Origin: Promethearchaeota archaeon
GTDB lineage: Archaea > Asgardarchaeota > Lokiarchaeia > Sigyniarchaeales > SOKP01
Direction of reading: 5' to 3'
Assembly: GCA_016839765.1 (NCBI GenBank)
Contig: JAEOTP010000067.1
Coordinates: 1-30,952, forward strand
Length of the DNA stretch: 30,952 nt
Under the pieces are notes generated by a model. The model was not told where the DNA came from, ran no database searches, and worked only from the letters and a program-made list of their open reading frames with translations. Made by a program: the position numbers and the translations under genes. Shown piece after piece: positions 27,697-30,952 of the stretch; within the stretch, counting starts at the first letter, position 1; each line of letters begins with the position of its first letter.

Positions 27697-28626
27697 ATGG
27701 AAAAATTAGTAAAAATTATTGTGTCAGGTTTGGATAATGCGGGTAAAACTTCCATTTTAACAGCTTTAGATAAAAAATATGATTTTCACAAGGATATCAT
27801 TTCGCTCACTCCAACAATCAGAGTAGAGTACCATACAACATATTTTTTAAATCAAAAAGTAATTTTCTGGGATTGTGGTGGCCAAAGTCAGTATCGCGAA
27901 TTATATGAAAAAAAACAAGATATATATTTTGATGGAACCGACTTGATGCTTTTCATTATAGATATTCAAGATAAGGAAAGATATGAAACGTCTCTTGAAT
28001 ATTTGGATATGATTTTGCAACATTTTAATCGTAATAAGATGGACGTTCCTCTTATAATTTCGTTTCATAAATTTGATCCCGAAATCAGAACTAATGGCGT
28101 TTATATAGAAGAAATTGAAAGTATAAGAGAAAATATACTTAAAAAATATTCGAATTTTAAAGTATTATTTCAGCAGACCTCGATATATGATTTAATTTCA
28201 ATTGTGCAGCTTGTTTCTTATGGGTTGTCAGTTTTTGATGATAAATTTTTTGATTTGTCAGAATTACTTGAAAATTATATCTACGAATTTAACTGTAAAT
28301 CATTGATTTTATTTGATCGAAATGGAATTATTATCAGTGAATTTTATAACAGTGAAATAGAACCGGAATATTATGTTGAATTACTAGAATCAATTAAAGA
28401 ACATTTATTTTTACTTAAAAGAATGCAACAGGAATCTTATGAAGCAGAAAATAACTTAATTACAAATGGTAGTGGGTTATTATCATATTTACATAGGATA
28501 AAGATTGGTGAAGAATCCTTATTTATTTCTGTGATTATACAAGAAAAATATAAAGATCCATTTATGGAAAAATTTTCAGAGTTTTTAATAGAAATAAGAG
28601 ATATTTTAACCCCAATTTTGGCTTAA
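27697..28626 (+). CDS. Small GTPase (Arf/Rag-like) with C-terminal roadblock/longin-like domain
   Basis: G1 GLDNAGKTS, G2 PT, G3 WDCGGQ, G4 FHKFD, G5 TSIYD, and C-terminal SLILFDRNGIIISE. Confidence 0.85.
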   Translation: MEKLVKIIVSGLDNAGKTSILTALDKKYDFHKDIISLTPTIRVEYHTTYFLNQKVIFWDCGGQSQYRELYEKKQDIYFDGTDLMLFIIDIQDKERYETSLEYLDMILQHFNRNKMDVPLIISFHKFDPEIRTNGVYIEEIESIRENILKKYSNFKVLFQQTSIYDLISIVQLVSYGLSVFDDKFFDLSELLENYIYEFNCKSLILFDRNGIIISEFYNSEIEPEYYVELLESIKEHLFLLKRMQQESYEAENNLITNGSGLLSYLHRIKIGEESLFISVIIQEKYKDPFMEKFSEFLIEIRDILTPILA

Positions 28627-28644
28627 GAATTTAGAATTAAAAAT

Positions 28645-29754
28645 TCATTCAACTTTCAGGATTTCTTTTGCTTTATCAATTAATTTTTCTTTTTTCTTTT
28701 TGTGTTCTCTTATAAATTTAAGCACTTTTTCAATACATTCTTTTTTATGATCTCCGCACATTAACTCTCCACGTACACAATCTTGAAACGCTTCAGTTAA
28801 TCTATCATCATCGTCTTCAAAATGATACATTAATATTTTATATATCATGCATTTTTGAGGTTCTCCTCCCAATTGTTGTTGCTCCTCCTTATTTCGACGA
28901 CCTCCTGTCAATGCACCCATAATCTTTCTTTCAATCGATTCCAAAGGTTCATTGAAGGTGAAATAACTATTTGGATTTCTCTTTGCCATTTTTTCGGATC
29001 CATCTATACCAGCTAATAAATAATGATAAGTTGCCCCGGGTAAAAAGAAACCATTATAATATCTACGTGTGAGATCCCTTGTAAGACGAATATGTGGATC
29101 TTGATCTATCCCAACAGGAACAACTGTAGGTTGAGGCCCATCAAGAATTTGTGGTAGAACGATATCACCTACTTGAACGAGCGCAGAAAGATATAACCCA
29201 AATGATTTTTCTCCATAAATTGCATTTAACATATTTTGGGTAACTAGTCTACTTACTTTGAAACATGCATCTTTTACAATAGGTTCTTCTGATTGTCTCC
29301 AAATATATGCCTTCTTTGGATCAGGATCTAATCCTAAAGCTAATAAATCTGCTATATTGTCAATTGCAAATTCTTCAGATTCTTCATATGTCAATCCATT
29401 GTCTTCCCATGTTTCAATATCTGCTATACCATAATACGCTTTACCGCCCATTTTTTGGAATTCAATAATTTCTAAAGCAGTGGTTGAAGTTCCAAGATGG
29501 AAAGGCCCAGATGGTTTGATTCCGCTCATTACTGCCCAGGGTTGTTGGGTTTCAACTGCTTTAAATACACTCTGAAGATCTCGATGGCCAAAAATGATTT
29601 TTCTCCTAATATATCGGTTTTTAATAGCTTTTTGCCGTACTTTTTCATCAATTTCTTGAATTCCAAACTCCTTTATTAGTCTAACATAGTCTTCCTCTAA
29701 TAAACTTGTTGTACCCCAAGGATCAATTCGTAATTCTTTATTATTTTTTGGCAT
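28645..29754 (-). CDS. trpS: Tryptophan--tRNA ligase (archaeal type)
   Basis: IDPWG, FGHRD, SGIKPSGPFHLG, PVGIDQDPHIRLTRD, KMAK, ALTGGR and CGDHK. Confidence 0.93.
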   Translation of the reverse strand: MPKNNKELRIDPWGTTSLLEEDYVRLIKEFGIQEIDEKVRQKAIKNRYIRRKIIFGHRDLQSVFKAVETQQPWAVMSGIKPSGPFHLGTSTTALEIIEFQKMGGKAYYGIADIETWEDNGLTYEESEEFAIDNIADLLALGLDPDPKKAYIWRQSEEPIVKDACFKVSRLVTQNMLNAIYGEKSFGLYLSALVQVGDIVLPQILDGPQPTVVPVGIDQDPHIRLTRDLTRRYYNGFFLPGATYHYLLAGIDGSEKMAKRNPNSYFTFNEPLESIERKIMGALTGGRRNKEEQQQLGGEPQKCMIYKILMYHFEDDDDRLTEAFQDCVRGELMCGDHKKECIEKVLKFIREHKKKKEKLIDKAKEILKVE

Positions 29755-29999
29755 TTTGATTATAACTAAAAAAATTGATAATAATAATAAAAATAATAGA
29801 AAAATAAAAAATTTTGATATCTATGGAGAAATTGTTGAAGAGTTTTTGAACCAAATAAAGTATATGAAAATAAAATGTGCTAGGTTATAAATTAAAGTAT
29901 CTTCTTCTAAATTTCCTTACTATTATAATCCAAATTCCTTTTTCTTAACAAATTATAAACAGAACGTATATTTTATCTATTTGCGATTAATATCTTGTT

Positions 30000-30404
30000 A
30001 TGAAAAAAAAAGATAATATTTCGGAAGAGGAATGGAAAAAAAAATTAAGTAAAGAAAAATATTATGTGCTTCGTCAAAAAGGTACTGAAAAACCTTTTAC
30101 GGGGAAATATTGGGACAATCATGAAAATGGAATATATTATTGTTCAGGTTGTGGAACGCCATTATTTGAGTCTGGAACAAAATTCGAATCCAGATCTGGT
30201 TGGCCTAGTTTTTATGAACCAATAAAAAATGAAAAAGTTTTGAAAAAAAAAGATTTAACTCATGGAATGATACGTACAGAAATTCTCTGTTCAAAATGTG
30301 GTGGTCATTTGGGCCATGTATTTAAGGATGGACCTCAACCAACTGGTGAAAGGTATTGTGTAAATTCTATTTCTTTGGATTTCAAGCCTAAAAAAGAAGC
30401 TTAA
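30000..30404 (+). CDS. msrB: Peptide-methionine (R)-S-oxide reductase
   Basis: [33 protein letters not shown] and RYCVNS. Confidence 0.95.
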   Translation: MKKKDNISEEEWKKKLSKEKYYVLRQKGTEKPFTGKYWDNHENGIYYCSGCGTPLFESGTKFESRSGWPSFYEPIKNEKVLKKKDLTHGMIRTEILCSKCGGHLGHVFKDGPQPTGERYCVNSISLDFKPKKEA

Positions 30405-30420
30405 TTGATTTCTTTGAAAA

Positions 30421-30882
30421 TTACAGCCCAATAATGGATGATGAGTTTTTATATTCCTTTAATACCATATTAGAAATTGTTTTAGTGACATATTCCTTTT
30501 CATTCAATTCTCTAATAAAATTATGAACATCGCCTGCTTCTTTAAATCGGCATACCAAACAGGCTGATTGCTCCCCAGTAGTATGGAAAATTGAACAAAC
30601 TTCAGGTTTTTCTTTAATTTGACTTAAGATATCCCCAGTATGTTTCCCATCTATTTGTACTCTTATCAAAAATATTAATTTGTATCCAAGCTTTTCATTG
30701 TTGAGTTTTAATGTATATCCCTCTATAATTCCATTGTTTTCCAATTTAGATAAGCGATTGTGAATAGTCCCAATTGAGATGCCTAGTTCTTCATGAATTT
30801 CGCGATATGAAGTTTTAGCATTTTCTTGAAGAATACGTATGATACTTCTATCGATATCATCTAAAGCTTTTTCTTTTTTCAT
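30421..30882 (-). CDS. Lrp/AsnC-family transcriptional regulator
   Basis: LDDIDRSII..LQENAK.S..EI...LG.S.GT...R..KLE..GII.GY HTH followed by a RAM domain. Likely ATG at 30882. Confidence 0.92.
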   Translation of the reverse strand: MKKEKALDDIDRSIIRILQENAKTSYREIHEELGISIGTIHNRLSKLENNGIIEGYTLKLNNEKLGYKLIFLIRVQIDGKHTGDILSQIKEKPEVCSIFHTTGEQSACLVCRFKEAGDVHNFIRELNEKEYVTKTISNMVLKEYKNSSSIIGL

Positions 30883-30952
30883 TTTTAAACAATACCAACA
30901 GGAGATCAAAAATATTATAGAACCAATATTATTTATTTTGAATAAAATTTAA

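Noticed and set aside
1025-29679. Short antisense or nested ORFs in the track (1025-1312, 3408-3596, 3933-4193, 7744-7950, 11084-11317, 11106-11303, 14015-14215, 16827-17024, 17457-17912, 19820-20017, 21340-21531, 21565-21843, 21840-22082, 24088-24318, 25047-25262, 29497-29679)
   Set aside because: They are shadow ORFs overlapping better-supported genes and carry no recognisable motifs.
30000-30404. MsrB or other ORFs as selenoproteins (Lokiarchaeia use Sec)
   Set aside because: The MsrB catalytic residue is an ordinary Cys codon (TGT in RYCVNS). The TGA-ending ORFs stop at expected C-termini, and I recognised no SECIS-like hairpin.

Overview
Very AT-rich, gene-dense chromosomal window from an archaeon. 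It is most likely an Asgard archaeon (Lokiarchaeia-like), inferred from archaeal rpoD-L18e-L13-S9, archaeal TrpRS/SHMT/TrmI, and eukaryote-signature-like proteins (a Rag-like GTPase and a gelsolin-like domain). About 36 CDSs are supportable. Most are housekeeping: porA/porB, Rio2, Sm, PPP phosphatase, aroC/aroA, ribosomal proteins, glyA, trmI, trpS, msrB and Lrp. I saw no rRNA, tRNA, CRISPR array or transposase. The best candidate for an undescribed system is a tightly linked minus-strand pair: a circularly permuted ATP-grasp peptide ligase (10724-12172) and an M14-type Zn-carboxypeptidase (9554-10717). This may be a write/erase peptide-tagging module, and it lies downstream of a Clp1/Grc3-like kinase with a shortened P-loop. 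Other highlights are a gelsolin-like domain fused to ~4 TM helices, a Rag/Arf hybrid-looking GTPase preceded by four exactly 22-bp-phased direct repeats, a Bud23-like methyltransferase beside Rio2 and Sm, and a stand-alone PARP-type-like Zn finger. All family calls come from motif recognition by eye; no database search was run.
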